Positions 40,248 to 49,695 of a stretch of DNA of 64,000 nt are shown here, one piece after another. The position numbers were made by a program, and so were the translations under genes. The stretch is from an uncultured Bacteroidota bacterium (GTDB lineage Bacteria > Bacteroidota > Ignavibacteria > Palsa-1295), in NCBI GenBank assembly GCA_963702215.1, contig OY969726.1:1809533-1873532 (forward strand). Reading direction: 5' to 3'. Position 1 is the first letter of the stretch. Each line of letters opens with the position of its first letter. The notes beneath the pieces were generated by a model. That model did no database searches and had not been told where the DNA came from. It was given only the letters and a program-made list of their open reading frames with translations.

Positions 40248-40991
40248 ATGATTTCAAAGCCTGCAACCTTCTCTGTTCTATTCTTTGTCATTGCAATTCT
40301 CTCGACGCCCGCCATGGCGCAATTTCAGCACGCGGCGCCGCCGCTGCCGTTGAGCAGTGAGGGAACTATCGCATTCGAGCGGAGCGAGGTAACCTTTGCG
40401 CCGCAAAGCACCGGTATCGAAAATTGCGTGAACGTTGCGATCAATAACACGACGGATCACCCTCGGCTGCTGACGAAGCTGCTATCGCTCGATCCGAAAC
40501 ACTTTTACGTGAGTTCGCCCGCGCCGGAAATGATGCCGCTCACGATTGGGCCGAACACGTCATTCTATCTGAATCTCTGCTTCAAAGCCGAACGAGCGGA
40601 GCAATATCATGCTGCGTTGCTCGCGATGTTTCAGACGGATACCGTGCGCCTGGACCTTACGGGAACCGGTGTCGAGGCGCCGGAAGTGATGCCGGTTCCC
40701 AAGGAGACGGCGATTACGAAGATCACGCATAAGCGGCACCAGTGGCTTTTTCAATTCGGTATGGCTACCCGCGGCACGGTGCATTTGGACCTCGAATCCA
40801 TCGATGGGAAGGCCGTCCGGAACTTTCCGTTCGAGGCGCTCAAAACGCCGGGATATTATGAAGTGGCGTTCGACGAGCGCAACGATGTGGGTAAGGAACT
40901 TCCGGCGGGGACCTATATCCTCCGGCTCGATGTGACCGACATCCAGACCCGAACGGACGTGCATTCGTCTCAATTGGTCAAGATCCCATAG
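40248..40991 (+). CDS. secreted hypothetical protein with an Ig-like / T9SS-type C-terminal domain
   Basis: The signal peptide is MISKPATFSVLFFVIAILSTPAMAQ. The C-terminal segment is YYEVAFDERNDVGKELPAGTYILRLDVTD....QLVKIP. Confidence 0.5.
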   Translation: MISKPATFSVLFFVIAILSTPAMAQFQHAAPPLPLSSEGTIAFERSEVTFAPQSTGIENCVNVAINNTTDHPRLLTKLLSLDPKHFYVSSPAPEMMPLTIGPNTSFYLNLCFKAERAEQYHAALLAMFQTDTVRLDLTGTGVEAPEVMPVPKETAITKITHKRHQWLFQFGMATRGTVHLDLESIDGKAVRNFPFEALKTPGYYEVAFDERNDVGKELPAGTYILRLDVTDIQTRTDVHSSQLVKIP

Positions 40992-40993
40992 CG

Positions 40994-41662
40994 TTACGGA
41001 GCCTCGTTATCCGGCTCGTCTCCATTCGTGTTGGGCAGTTCCGTTGCGCTGTCGGGGAGGGCAGCCCAATCGGGATGAATGACATCGACCGTGCTTGCCT
41101 GAAGCGCCTGCACGACGACATCGTCAGATTCGTTCCGCTTCGTCCAGCCGCGAATTACCGTATCGCAACCCAGGACCACCTGGTAGTAACGATTCGCCGA
41201 GAGCAGCGCGACGTGCAGAATCTGTCCCGGGGACGCGATCATGTCGGGCCGCGAAAGAAGGATTCGTCCCGAATCTGCGAGCGTTAGGCCTGAGGTCGTA
41301 GCCATAATAATAATTCCCGAATCGGGAATATCGCGGTGCTCGACGACAGGCCGCAAAAGAATGCGAAATCCGTTCCCAGTACGCAGCCGAACGCCCATCG
41401 TTAGATAATATTGCGTGGCGCCATAATAATTGAGATCGAGCGCGGCGGTATCCTGCAGCGTGGCCATATAATCCGAGTGATCGACGCCCGGAAGCGAAGT
41501 GAGAATATAGCACGTAACGATATGCGGCCCGCCCATCACAAATTGGTAGGGATTGCAGCCAGCGAAGGTAAGCAACGCCGAAAGAATGAACGCATTCCTT
41601 GATCCGTGCAATGGCCTCACTATGGTTCCGATGCGATTTGACATTTTATTTTTCTTCATCAC
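40994..41662 (-). CDS. hypothetical lipoprotein (last gene of the OmpA/PD40 operon)
   Basis: The lipobox is LLTFAGCNP. It has an 8-bp spacing to the upstream gene. Confidence 0.45.
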   Translation of the reverse strand: MMKKNKMSNRIGTIVRPLHGSRNAFILSALLTFAGCNPYQFVMGGPHIVTCYILTSLPGVDHSDYMATLQDTAALDLNYYGATQYYLTMGVRLRTGNGFRILLRPVVEHRDIPDSGIIIMATTSGLTLADSGRILLSRPDMIASPGQILHVALLSANRYYQVVLGCDTVIRGWTKRNESDDVVVQALQASTVDVIHPDWAALPDSATELPNTNGDEPDNEAP

Positions 41663-41669
41663 TCGGTAC

Positions 41670-43124
41670 TCAGTACCCGGCGCTCTCTCGTGCCCGGTCG
41701 GCCATCACCTTTTCCGGCGTTTGGTCCCAGTCACCCAAGAAGAGCGAGATGCCCAGATAGGCTGTGCTGAACGATGTGGCTTGGGCAACTCCGGCGGTAT
41801 TGAAAATCTGCGGCGTGAAATCGCCCGGCGATCCGGTGGCGTAGCCTAACGTGATACCGATATTTTCTGTGCTATGCGTATCGAGTTTAAGTTGCGCACC
41901 GATATTGAAGATCGTCGAGGGATAATAATTATACTCGACAAACGGTTCAATCATTAGTTCCGGACCGAAGAGGTATTGCCGGTATCCGGCACGCAACGGC
42001 AGGATGCCCAGCCCCTGCTTTTCGAATCCCATCGCCATCCAGTTAATGAGCGATGTTCCAGCCCAGAAGTGATAGTTCCCCAACGGCAGCGGGAGTTCCA
42101 CATTCGCGAATTTTACCTGCGCCGCGGTAAACGGAATCGTCGAGTCGCTCCAAATGCTAAGATAATTTGGGAAGGTGCGCATGAGCGTTGCTTCGAGGAT
42201 ATTCGTTTGAATGGCGGTATGGGTGTAGTCCTTCCACTCATGCTCTGTTTCCTCGACGGCGTTCGTAAAATCGAGCGCGCTCACGCCAAGCCCGAGGTAT
42301 GGGAATGTTAATTCGTGACCGGGCGAAGTCCATTGGAAGCCGGAGGCGAGGCCCGCGTACGCTCGAAGATTAAATCCCGCGAGCGAGCCGAGCTGCAATT
42401 CCCCACCAAGATTAACGTACGCGGATGGAAACGCGCTGATGCCGACGAACGGATCGAAAATAATATACGGAATCCGGTCACGAAGGAAAAAGCGGCGGCG
42501 GAGATAGACATTCGTGCCAACGCTCATGAGCCAATCGTTTGGCGTGCCAGCAGTTCCCCGCAGTTCGTCCGGCGCGAGTAGCTCGAAGGCGCTCCAGCCG
42601 AGCGTCCAATTCGGGGCATCGTTAAACCAGCGCAGGCGGTATTCATAGGGCATGATGCGGATGAGTTCCCCTTTGAAAAGTTGGGAAGATGGATTCGTCC
42701 CCGGAAGCCAGAGTGTTCCGGGATGTGTGTATTGATCGGCCGTAAAGAGCGAGTATATCCCGAGCAATCCGGGTCCGATGCCGTTTGCGCTGGAACTTCC
42801 CATCAGCCCGGCTACTTCAATTCCCCCGGCCCGCAGGAAATTCGGATAGTTCCGATCGTGCGTCGAATCGTGCGAAAGTGTGCTGCGGTCGATATAAATT
42901 TCGCGGGATGAGGGGAATACCACGCCATTATCCGCCTGGGAACCCGGGACATTGCGCGAGGTTTCGTGATAGGTCGTATCGCGGTCGGTGATGGTATAAT
43001 AATCCGTTTCCGTTCGCGTGATCGGATTGGAGACGTGCGAAAAGCATCCGGTGAGCCCGGAAGCTAGCAGGATACACGCGGCACAAGCGAAGGCGCGAAT
43101 TCGATAATTAAATCTCATCATCAT
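41670..43124 (-). CDS. hypothetical outer-membrane protein (484 aa)
   Basis: It has a signal and lipobox-like N-terminus (ACILLASGLTGC) and an aromatic-rich body with beta-strand periodicity. Its start overlaps the stop of the OmpA/PD40 gene, which suggests an operon. Confidence 0.45.
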   Translation of the reverse strand: MMMRFNYRIRAFACAACILLASGLTGCFSHVSNPITRTETDYYTITDRDTTYHETSRNVPGSQADNGVVFPSSREIYIDRSTLSHDSTHDRNYPNFLRAGGIEVAGLMGSSSANGIGPGLLGIYSLFTADQYTHPGTLWLPGTNPSSQLFKGELIRIMPYEYRLRWFNDAPNWTLGWSAFELLAPDELRGTAGTPNDWLMSVGTNVYLRRRFFLRDRIPYIIFDPFVGISAFPSAYVNLGGELQLGSLAGFNLRAYAGLASGFQWTSPGHELTFPYLGLGVSALDFTNAVEETEHEWKDYTHTAIQTNILEATLMRTFPNYLSIWSDSTIPFTAAQVKFANVELPLPLGNYHFWAGTSLINWMAMGFEKQGLGILPLRAGYRQYLFGPELMIEPFVEYNYYPSTIFNIGAQLKLDTHSTENIGITLGYATGSPGDFTPQIFNTAGVAQATSFSTAYLGISLFLGDWDQTPEKVMADRARESAGY

Positions 43125-44911
43125 TTAAACACCTTGATAAACTCCACTCTGCGCGAGCGCAGGCGAAAACTTTCATCCGATTCATCCGGCCGCCGCGCGA
43201 CGGGCTGCCGCCGACCCCGTGATTCCACTTTGATAAGTTCCGGTGGCACGCCACGTACTTCCAGTTCCCGCGCAACAAACGTGGCGCGCTCGAAACCGAG
43301 ATTGTCGTTGTACGCATCGGTACCCAGTGAATCGGTATAGCCGATCACAATCAATTCCTTCAGCGTTCGAATCGACTGCATGGCGGAATGCGCCGTCAAA
43401 TCGAGCGCACGCTGCCATGTGACCGATGATGGCTGGCCGCTTTCATCGATCGTATATTCATAGGGATGTTCGTAATCATCGAACGGGAAATTAATGCGAA
43501 TGACGAGCGTGTCCGGCAAGTGCAAATATACGTGTACGACCGAATCCGTGGAATTGCGCAGATCGACATGGCGCACATCGAAAAACGCCTGCTCGGTCTC
43601 CGCGCCCACATCATATTCCGCGCCGCGATTGACCTTAAAGCCCATCATCCCGCTGGCCGGAATGATTCCACCATAGATTTGCTGCGAATCCTCGCGCACA
43701 AATATATCGGCGCCGACTGCGGGCCGGTAATCCGCGCCCTGCGTAACATGCGCAATGATTTCTACGGGCCCCATCGGCTTTGTTATCGCCTGCCGCAATG
43801 TATTGAGCTTCAAATGCCCAACCTTCGGCCGCTCCGGCGGTTCAACTTGCGGATTCACGGCGAGCTCCGGCCCGCGCGTCCGAGTGATCGTGTAAAGATT
43901 CATTCCCGCTTCGTTCCCGGGCCTGTTCGATGACCAAAAAAATGCCGTATCGTTTAGCGCCGATGGGAACACTTCATCCGAGGCCGTATTAATCGGCTTT
44001 CCAAGATTGTCCGGCTCCGCAAATCGGCCATCATCGATATGCGTTTTGAAGAGATCGTATCCGCCGACCGTCTCGTGGCCGTTCGAAGCGAAGTAGAGCG
44101 TCGTCGAATCATAAGGTGGGATAAAAGGCGATACCTCATCGCACGGTGTGTTTACCGGTTCCGGCAACGGCTGCGGAACGGACCAATCCTGCGAGGATGC
44201 TGAAGATCGTTCGGAATACCAAATATCCGTTCCCCCATCGCCGCCGGGACGGTCACTGACGAAATAAAGGTGGGTTCCCGATGGATCCAGCGCGGGCTGG
44301 CTATCGAAATTGCCGCGGGCATTAATCGTGATCAGCGGGCGCACATCGGAAAGCGAAACGACAGCGGCATTAACCAAAATACGCGCCGTATAAAGATCGA
44401 AATCATCGGGATCGGTATTATCCGCTTTTGCAGAAAAATAGAGGAGCTGGTCGGCCTTCGAATAAAAACCCGCTCCGATGGGAACCGGCGCATCGCCGAT
44501 TTGCACCTCTTCGAGCGGCCCGAAGCTGGTCGTGGAATACATCCTTGCCGAATAAAGCTTCTGTACGCCAGTCTCCCCGTCATCACTTTCGGCATTAGCA
44601 CGGTTGCTGGTAATCAACGCGAACGGCCCGTCGGCGGAGGCGATGAAACTAATCGCATAATCCTGCACGCTGCTGTTTGGAGGGGCAGGAAGCATCCGGA
44701 TATGATATTGCGTATATGCCTGCCCATGATAGAGCGTATCGAGCAGCGTCTTGTCGAACGCGCCAGGCGAGCACACCGGAACCGGCGGCGGCGGGCACGC
44801 CGGGTTTCGCACCACGGGCGGCTGGGAACAGCCCCATGCTCCAAGCAGGAGCACGAACACAACGCCCCAATTTAACGGAGCGGGATTACGATGATATAAG
44901 ACGACGGACAT
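43121..44911 (-). CDS. OmpA-family protein with N-terminal PD40 (TolB-like) beta-propeller repeats
   Basis: It has a signal peptide and repeated LYFSAKADN/LYFVSDRPGG/LYFASNGHE/FFWSSNRPGN PD40 blades. The C-terminal OmpA peptidoglycan-binding domain is IVIGYTDSLGTDAYNDNLGFERATFVARELE...RRVEF. Confidence 0.75.
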   Translation of the reverse strand: MSVVLYHRNPAPLNWGVVFVLLLGAWGCSQPPVVRNPACPPPPVPVCSPGAFDKTLLDTLYHGQAYTQYHIRMLPAPPNSSVQDYAISFIASADGPFALITSNRANAESDDGETGVQKLYSARMYSTTSFGPLEEVQIGDAPVPIGAGFYSKADQLLYFSAKADNTDPDDFDLYTARILVNAAVVSLSDVRPLITINARGNFDSQPALDPSGTHLYFVSDRPGGDGGTDIWYSERSSASSQDWSVPQPLPEPVNTPCDEVSPFIPPYDSTTLYFASNGHETVGGYDLFKTHIDDGRFAEPDNLGKPINTASDEVFPSALNDTAFFWSSNRPGNEAGMNLYTITRTRGPELAVNPQVEPPERPKVGHLKLNTLRQAITKPMGPVEIIAHVTQGADYRPAVGADIFVREDSQQIYGGIIPASGMMGFKVNRGAEYDVGAETEQAFFDVRHVDLRNSTDSVVHVYLHLPDTLVIRINFPFDDYEHPYEYTIDESGQPSSVTWQRALDLTAHSAMQSIRTLKELIVIGYTDSLGTDAYNDNLGFERATFVARELEVRGVPPELIKVESRGRRQPVARRPDESDESFRLRSRRVEFIKVFK

Positions 44912-44922
44912 CCACTGCGAAA

Positions 44923-45669
44923 TTACGCAATTGTTTTCGTCACCAGCGAAAAAAGGTCTTTTGTACCAAGCGGTTCGTGCGACCAGAACGGCTCGGCATA
45001 GCGCGTGCCAATCATCATTCCATAGTGAGCGGCGCGCGCCCGCAGGCCATCGACGAATCCGGGCATGGCAAGGATAGTCATGCGCTCGCCACCTGCCGCT
45101 TCAGTTCCGGGCTTTGGTGTGAACTGCGAGGCAAAAGCTTCCATCGCCTTCATTCGCTCTTCGAATACCGGAGTAACATCGAGGATAATCTTCGGCTCGA
45201 ACGAATAGCCCTGCATAAAATGCAGTACGAGGAGCGGACGGTGTGGCTCCTGCTTGGTTCCATCGTCATCCTTCGTTTCAATTTTTACGAGTCCCGCATA
45301 AAACGCGGCGCGGTGCGCAAGTTGGGCGGCGGCTTCGTGATCGGGATGCCGCTCGTGCGGACTCGGGGCCAGCAATATCGTGGGCCGCGTTTTTCGTATA
45401 TGGATTATTACGCGCCGGAGATTCTCCTGCGACAGCTCAATATTGCCATCGGGCATTCCAAGATTCGCGCGATAATCCAGCCCAAGAATTTTCGAGGCGG
45501 CCTCGGTTTCGCGCGCGCGGCTTTCTAACGTTCCACGCGTGGAAAGCTCGCCGCGCGTGAGATCGAGGATGCCGGTGCGCTTACCCGCGCGCTTGGCCAT
45601 GAGCATCGTGCCCGCGCAGGCGAGTTCCACATCGTCCGGGTGCGCGGCAATTGCGAGAAGATCTAACAT
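44923..45669 (-). CDS. PIG-L/LmbE family N-acetylglucosaminyl deacetylase (BshB1-like)
   Basis: It has the AHPDDVELACAG zinc-binding motif and HPDHEAAAQL. Confidence 0.75.
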   Translation of the reverse strand: MLDLLAIAAHPDDVELACAGTMLMAKRAGKRTGILDLTRGELSTRGTLESRARETEAASKILGLDYRANLGMPDGNIELSQENLRRVIIHIRKTRPTILLAPSPHERHPDHEAAAQLAHRAAFYAGLVKIETKDDDGTKQEPHRPLLVLHFMQGYSFEPKIILDVTPVFEERMKAMEAFASQFTPKPGTEAAGGERMTILAMPGFVDGLRARAAHYGMMIGTRYAEPFWSHEPLGTKDLFSLVTKTIA

Positions 45670-45694
45670 AGGTGGCCTGCTATAACCACCGAAG

Positions 45695-47161
45695 CTAAGG
45701 ATTCGGTGCTACTTGGATTCTTCGTTTCCATCTCCAATAAAAATAAAACGGCAGCCCCGTCAGCACGAGCGCGAGGCCCGTCGCGCTTTTGATGAGCGGC
45801 TGCGTGCCGGCCTGATACGCCTGAATATCGGTGACGAGCGTGATGATGAGGAACGCGCTGGCGAACAGCACGAAGATGGCTGGAACCCAGGGATAGCCTG
45901 GAACTTTGAACGGTCGCTCGCCTTCCGGTTTGCGTTTTCGCAGGACAAAGATCGCAAGTGCCATCAGCACATAGAGCACCCAGTTGACAAAAACGTACAT
46001 GCTCGTGATGAGATCGAACGAGCCGGTGACGAGCAGCACAATCGACCACGCGCCTTGCAGCACAAGCGCAATGTGCGGCGTTTGGAATTGTTTGTGAATC
46101 TTCGCACCATTGCGGACGAAGAGGCCATCCCGGGCCATTGCGAAATAAACACGCGCATTCGTGAGGACCGTGGAGTTTGTCGCATCGAACGCGGAGAGCA
46201 TCATGATCGCTGCGATAATGCCCGCGCCACCCGCGCCAACGACCGCGAATATCATTTGCGAGGCCACGCGGTCGCCGGGCGCATTGGCAACGCCGGTCAC
46301 CGAGAGAATATAGAAATACGAAAGGTTAACGACGATATAGAGCGCAATGAAAATAAGCGTTCCCATGATTATCGCGCGTGGAATCGTTTTTGTTGGCTCC
46401 CGAACCTCGCCCGCAATATAGGCAACATTTCCCCATCCATCATAAGACCAAAACGCGCCGGACATCGCGAGTGCAATTCCGCCGATTAATGTCCACCCGG
46501 ATAGCATCGGCGTACCACCGTTGGCCGCCAGCCAGTTCCCAGACGAGCCAACATGCGAGCCAGCGATAAATGCGACGAGTACGATTGCGAGAATGGCGAG
46601 CATTTTCATTGTTGTCGAAATGCTTTGAAGCGTTCCGCCCAGTCTCACACCACGAATGTTGAGCGCGGTGAGAAAGATAACGAGAAACGACGCTACTAAT
46701 TTTCTTCCCAGAAATTGATAGGGAAAAATCGCTCCCAGGAATGGGATATTCCACGGAGTCGCCTCCGTGACTCCGATGGCGGCAAGCGCGTGCGTAAAAT
46801 GCGGCAGGCTCACGAAATTCTCGGCGTACATCGCGAAGAAAAAACTGATGGCCGCGATCGCGCCCGAACCCGCGATCATAAAATTGGCCCAGCCATAGAG
46901 GAATCCGATTCCCTCGCCATACACCTCTCGGAAGTATTCGTAAAGGCCGCCGGTGCGCGGCATTTGCGCGACCAGCTCGCACATCGTAAACGCGCCAAAG
47001 AGCGTGAGCACGCCGGTGAGCACCCATACCGCGAGCAAATATGGTGCGCTCGGCAGGCCTCGCGCCATTTCCGACGGCGAAGAAAAAATCCCGGAGCCCA
47101 CCACCGAGCCGATGACGAGGGCGGTGGTGGCATAAAGGCCTAATGCGCGCTTGAGGGGCAC
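45695..47161 (-). CDS. APC-superfamily amino acid permease
   Basis: 488 aa with 12 predicted TM helices. The N-terminal motif TALVIGSVVGSGIFSSP is characteristic of amino acid permeases. Confidence 0.85.
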   Translation of the reverse strand: MPLKRALGLYATTALVIGSVVGSGIFSSPSEMARGLPSAPYLLAVWVLTGVLTLFGAFTMCELVAQMPRTGGLYEYFREVYGEGIGFLYGWANFMIAGSGAIAAISFFFAMYAENFVSLPHFTHALAAIGVTEATPWNIPFLGAIFPYQFLGRKLVASFLVIFLTALNIRGVRLGGTLQSISTTMKMLAILAIVLVAFIAGSHVGSSGNWLAANGGTPMLSGWTLIGGIALAMSGAFWSYDGWGNVAYIAGEVREPTKTIPRAIIMGTLIFIALYIVVNLSYFYILSVTGVANAPGDRVASQMIFAVVGAGGAGIIAAIMMLSAFDATNSTVLTNARVYFAMARDGLFVRNGAKIHKQFQTPHIALVLQGAWSIVLLVTGSFDLITSMYVFVNWVLYVLMALAIFVLRKRKPEGERPFKVPGYPWVPAIFVLFASAFLIITLVTDIQAYQAGTQPLIKSATGLALVLTGLPFYFYWRWKRRIQVAPNP

Positions 47162-47199
47162 GGGAATGTATTAGAGTATTCGAGACCTGAAAACCTAAA

Positions 47200-47577
47200 T
47201 CAAGTTAACCGGATATTGCCGGAATTTCGGATCGTCGGTAAGGATGGGAATATTTTCCACAATGCCTTGAGCAATAATAAGGCGATCGAACGGATCGTGA
47301 CGATGCTGCGCAGTCGAATAATTTCAGAGAGATGAGAAGGTAAAATAGATAGCGTTTGAATGCCTCGATCGTTCACATTCTTTTCGATAAGTCCCTCAAA
47401 CGGGACTGGCAGGCTCAATTTCTGAATAGAGGTCTTAATCGCAATTTCCCACGGGCTTGCAGTGCTCAGTAAAATGTCATTTGTCACATCCTCAACTATC
47501 GATTTCCATTTTGATCCAGCCTTTTTATCATCGGTGGCAAGCCACAAAAATGCATGCGTATTGAGCAATACTCTCAT
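47200..47577 (-). CDS. vapC: PIN-domain toxin VapC, with a C-terminal frameshift near 47300
   Basis: The N-terminus is MRVLLNTHAFLWL...SPWEIAIK. The conserved C-terminal HRHDPFDRLIIAQGIVENIPILTDDPKFRQY is encoded in the -1 frame downstream of position about 47300. Confidence 0.7.
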   Translation of the reverse strand: MRVLLNTHAFLWLATDDKKAGSKWKSIVEDVTNDILLSTASPWEIAIKTSIQKLSLPVPFEGLIEKNVNDRGIQTLSILPSHLSEIIRLRSIVTIRSIALLLLKALWKIFPSLPTIRNSGNIRLT

Positions 47578-47579
47578 GA

Positions 47580-47807
47580 TTACATGTAATCTTTAAAATC
47601 CTCGAGTGGCTCATCGAAATCGTCCGCAATCCACACTTTGCCTATTAGGCTTCCGACAAATCCGCGTTTCACCAGGCCGCCATTAAAAGGCATTACCTTC
47701 GCAACCGGTTTTTCATGTTCGGTAAGAATAACCTCCTCGCCATGCAGCACATCGGCCAGAACGCTGGCTATGTGCGCCGTGGCTTCTTCAATCGTGATCT
47801 GGTGCAT
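47580..47807 (-). CDS. type II antitoxin (Phd/YefM/VapB-like)
   Basis: 75 aa acidic protein immediately upstream of vapC with a 2-bp gap. Its N-terminus MHQITIEEATAHIASVL is typical of an antitoxin. Confidence 0.6.
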   Translation of the reverse strand: MHQITIEEATAHIASVLADVLHGEEVILTEHEKPVAKVMPFNGGLVKRGFVGSLIGKVWIADDFDEPLEDFKDYM

Positions 47808-47855
47808 AAATTCCCTCTTTTTGCTAACGACCTACCAATGGTTACAGTTCGGCGA

Positions 47856-49673
47856 TCATTTCACCTCAAAGTCAATATTCGCGATGGTCCAGCGGGGTCG
47901 CGCATCGAATTCTTTTGGGAACTCGCCGGTGGGAACACCGAAGTGCCAGGGCCGCACGGAGCCGGGGTCGTACACGCCCGTTCCGTCGCGTGAAAGGTAC
48001 GCGCGCGCGCGATAGCTTGCGGTTGGTATTTGATCGAAGGCGAATTTACGTTCGCCGTGCGGCAACACCTTTTGCGCGGCCACCGCGCCGCCTTGCAGGA
48101 CTTGCAGGACTTGCACGACGAGTGCGCTCCTCGGATTTTGCGCGAAAAAAGAATCGGCTATTGTAATTGTTCCCGATATTTTTCCAAAATCGCGAATGTT
48201 CGCGGTTTGGAAATGATACTGCAGGACCGTGTCCACCGCCGGACGTTCCCGCGCGGCGATCGGGCTTCGAATGCCCGCGGTTCGAATCGTCACCGTGTAC
48301 CAGGAATTCGAAAGCAAGCTATCGGATGGCGTAAGATACACGCGCGCATCGTCAGACCAGCGAAAGACCGTCTTGACGAGATGATGGCCAGAATCGGTCA
48401 GCGTAATCGCTTTCTCGGCAGAATCGTGGTTCACCGCATCGCTGAAGGAAATTGGGAAGGAGGGCAGCGCGGAAACATCGCGCGTGCTATCGCGAATGCC
48501 CATCGAAGTAAATGCCGGCGGCACGGGGGCATTCATCGAAGCCGGAGTCGTAAAATCCAACTTATAGGCGGAATCGCTCAACGGATTGTGCGAACGATCG
48601 TGGATGCGGTCGCGAATGCCCTCCAGCGTGTACTCGCGATTCGACGCGATTGGGGTTCCCAACAGCAGCAGCATCTGCTCGGGATGGGCGTGTGGATGCT
48701 CGCGGAACGCCGCCACTACATCCAAAGGACCCGAAGAGGACGAAAGTTTAAAATTCTCAGCACGAACATCCCCGCTATCGATCGCTTCTGAAAAATGGGC
48801 GCGAAGATGGCGCAAATCGACGATCTCCACATCCGAAAGTTCCGGTTTGATCGTATCCGTCGGCGGGGACATTCGAATGTACATGCCGCTCGTAATCGCA
48901 CTATCCAAAATGGCATCGCCGGCGGGAATGCCGAACGCATCCACGCCGGGATCATAGACTTTATTGCGATAGACATCGCCAATCGCGAACACGCGATACC
49001 GGTGCCCGACTTTCATCGCGCGGAACTGCCACAGACCCTGATCGTTCGGCTGCGTAAGCTGATCGGGCGGAGTGTGCGTGAAGTTGAGTGTATCCGGGCG
49101 CTGAACGGAAATATCGTAGGCGAATACGAACAGGTCTGAAGGCTTCATAGGCGGCGCGTGGATGGGCGTGAGCAAATAGCCGGATAGAAGACCCGTATCG
49201 ATAAGCGGGCCGGTAGAAAACGTAAGAAAATATGGTTCCTCAAGCGCGGCACCCGTGCCGGTGAGAAGCCGCGCTTTCAGGTCGCGTGAAAGTTCCACCG
49301 TGTAGGTGGTGGAATCTTTGAGCGTTGGGAGATCGACACGCACTTCGTTCGACCCCGACCAGTGAAAGGTGGGTGTGCCATTCAAATACGGCGTGATCGT
49401 AAACGCCGTCGCAAACGAAGGCTGATCGACATCGCGCTGAAAATGGAACCAGAGATACGTGCTCGTGGAAACATTTATTTGCCGGTGATGCGGAATGACC
49501 GAATCAATCGCCGGGCGCGTGGTGTCTATCGGTCCTCCCGGCGGGGGCTGCTGCGAAGCGCAGGAGGAGAGGATAAGTATGAGGTATGAAGTATGAACTA
49601 TGAAAAGGGAACTTCGCGGTATGAAGAGCCTAAGGCTGCGCCGCATTGCAGCGCTCTTTTTTTCATACTTCAT
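47856..49673 (-). CDS. hypothetical lipoprotein (605 aa) with Ig-like domains
   Basis: It has a lipobox LILILSSCAS. The 5' end, including the start codon and the signal-peptide core, is encoded by a heptamer-repeat element. No functional homology was recognised. Confidence 0.5.
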   Translation of the reverse strand: MKYEKKSAAMRRSLRLFIPRSSLFIVHTSYLILILSSCASQQPPPGGPIDTTRPAIDSVIPHHRQINVSTSTYLWFHFQRDVDQPSFATAFTITPYLNGTPTFHWSGSNEVRVDLPTLKDSTTYTVELSRDLKARLLTGTGAALEEPYFLTFSTGPLIDTGLLSGYLLTPIHAPPMKPSDLFVFAYDISVQRPDTLNFTHTPPDQLTQPNDQGLWQFRAMKVGHRYRVFAIGDVYRNKVYDPGVDAFGIPAGDAILDSAITSGMYIRMSPPTDTIKPELSDVEIVDLRHLRAHFSEAIDSGDVRAENFKLSSSSGPLDVVAAFREHPHAHPEQMLLLLGTPIASNREYTLEGIRDRIHDRSHNPLSDSAYKLDFTTPASMNAPVPPAFTSMGIRDSTRDVSALPSFPISFSDAVNHDSAEKAITLTDSGHHLVKTVFRWSDDARVYLTPSDSLLSNSWYTVTIRTAGIRSPIAARERPAVDTVLQYHFQTANIRDFGKISGTITIADSFFAQNPRSALVVQVLQVLQGGAVAAQKVLPHGERKFAFDQIPTASYRARAYLSRDGTGVYDPGSVRPWHFGVPTGEFPKEFDARPRWTIANIDFEVK

Positions 49674-49690
49674 AATTCAAACATCATAAT
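49566..49690. repeat. inverted-repeat element built from TTCATAN heptamer arrays (copy 1)
   Basis: The left arm is GATAAGTATGAGGTATGAAGTATGAACTATGAAAAGGG and the right arm is TTTTTCATACTTCATAATTCAAACATCATAATG, with about 45 bp between them. It shares 20-24 nt arms with the element at 62839-63254. Confidence 0.6.
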
Positions 49691-49695
49691 GTTCC

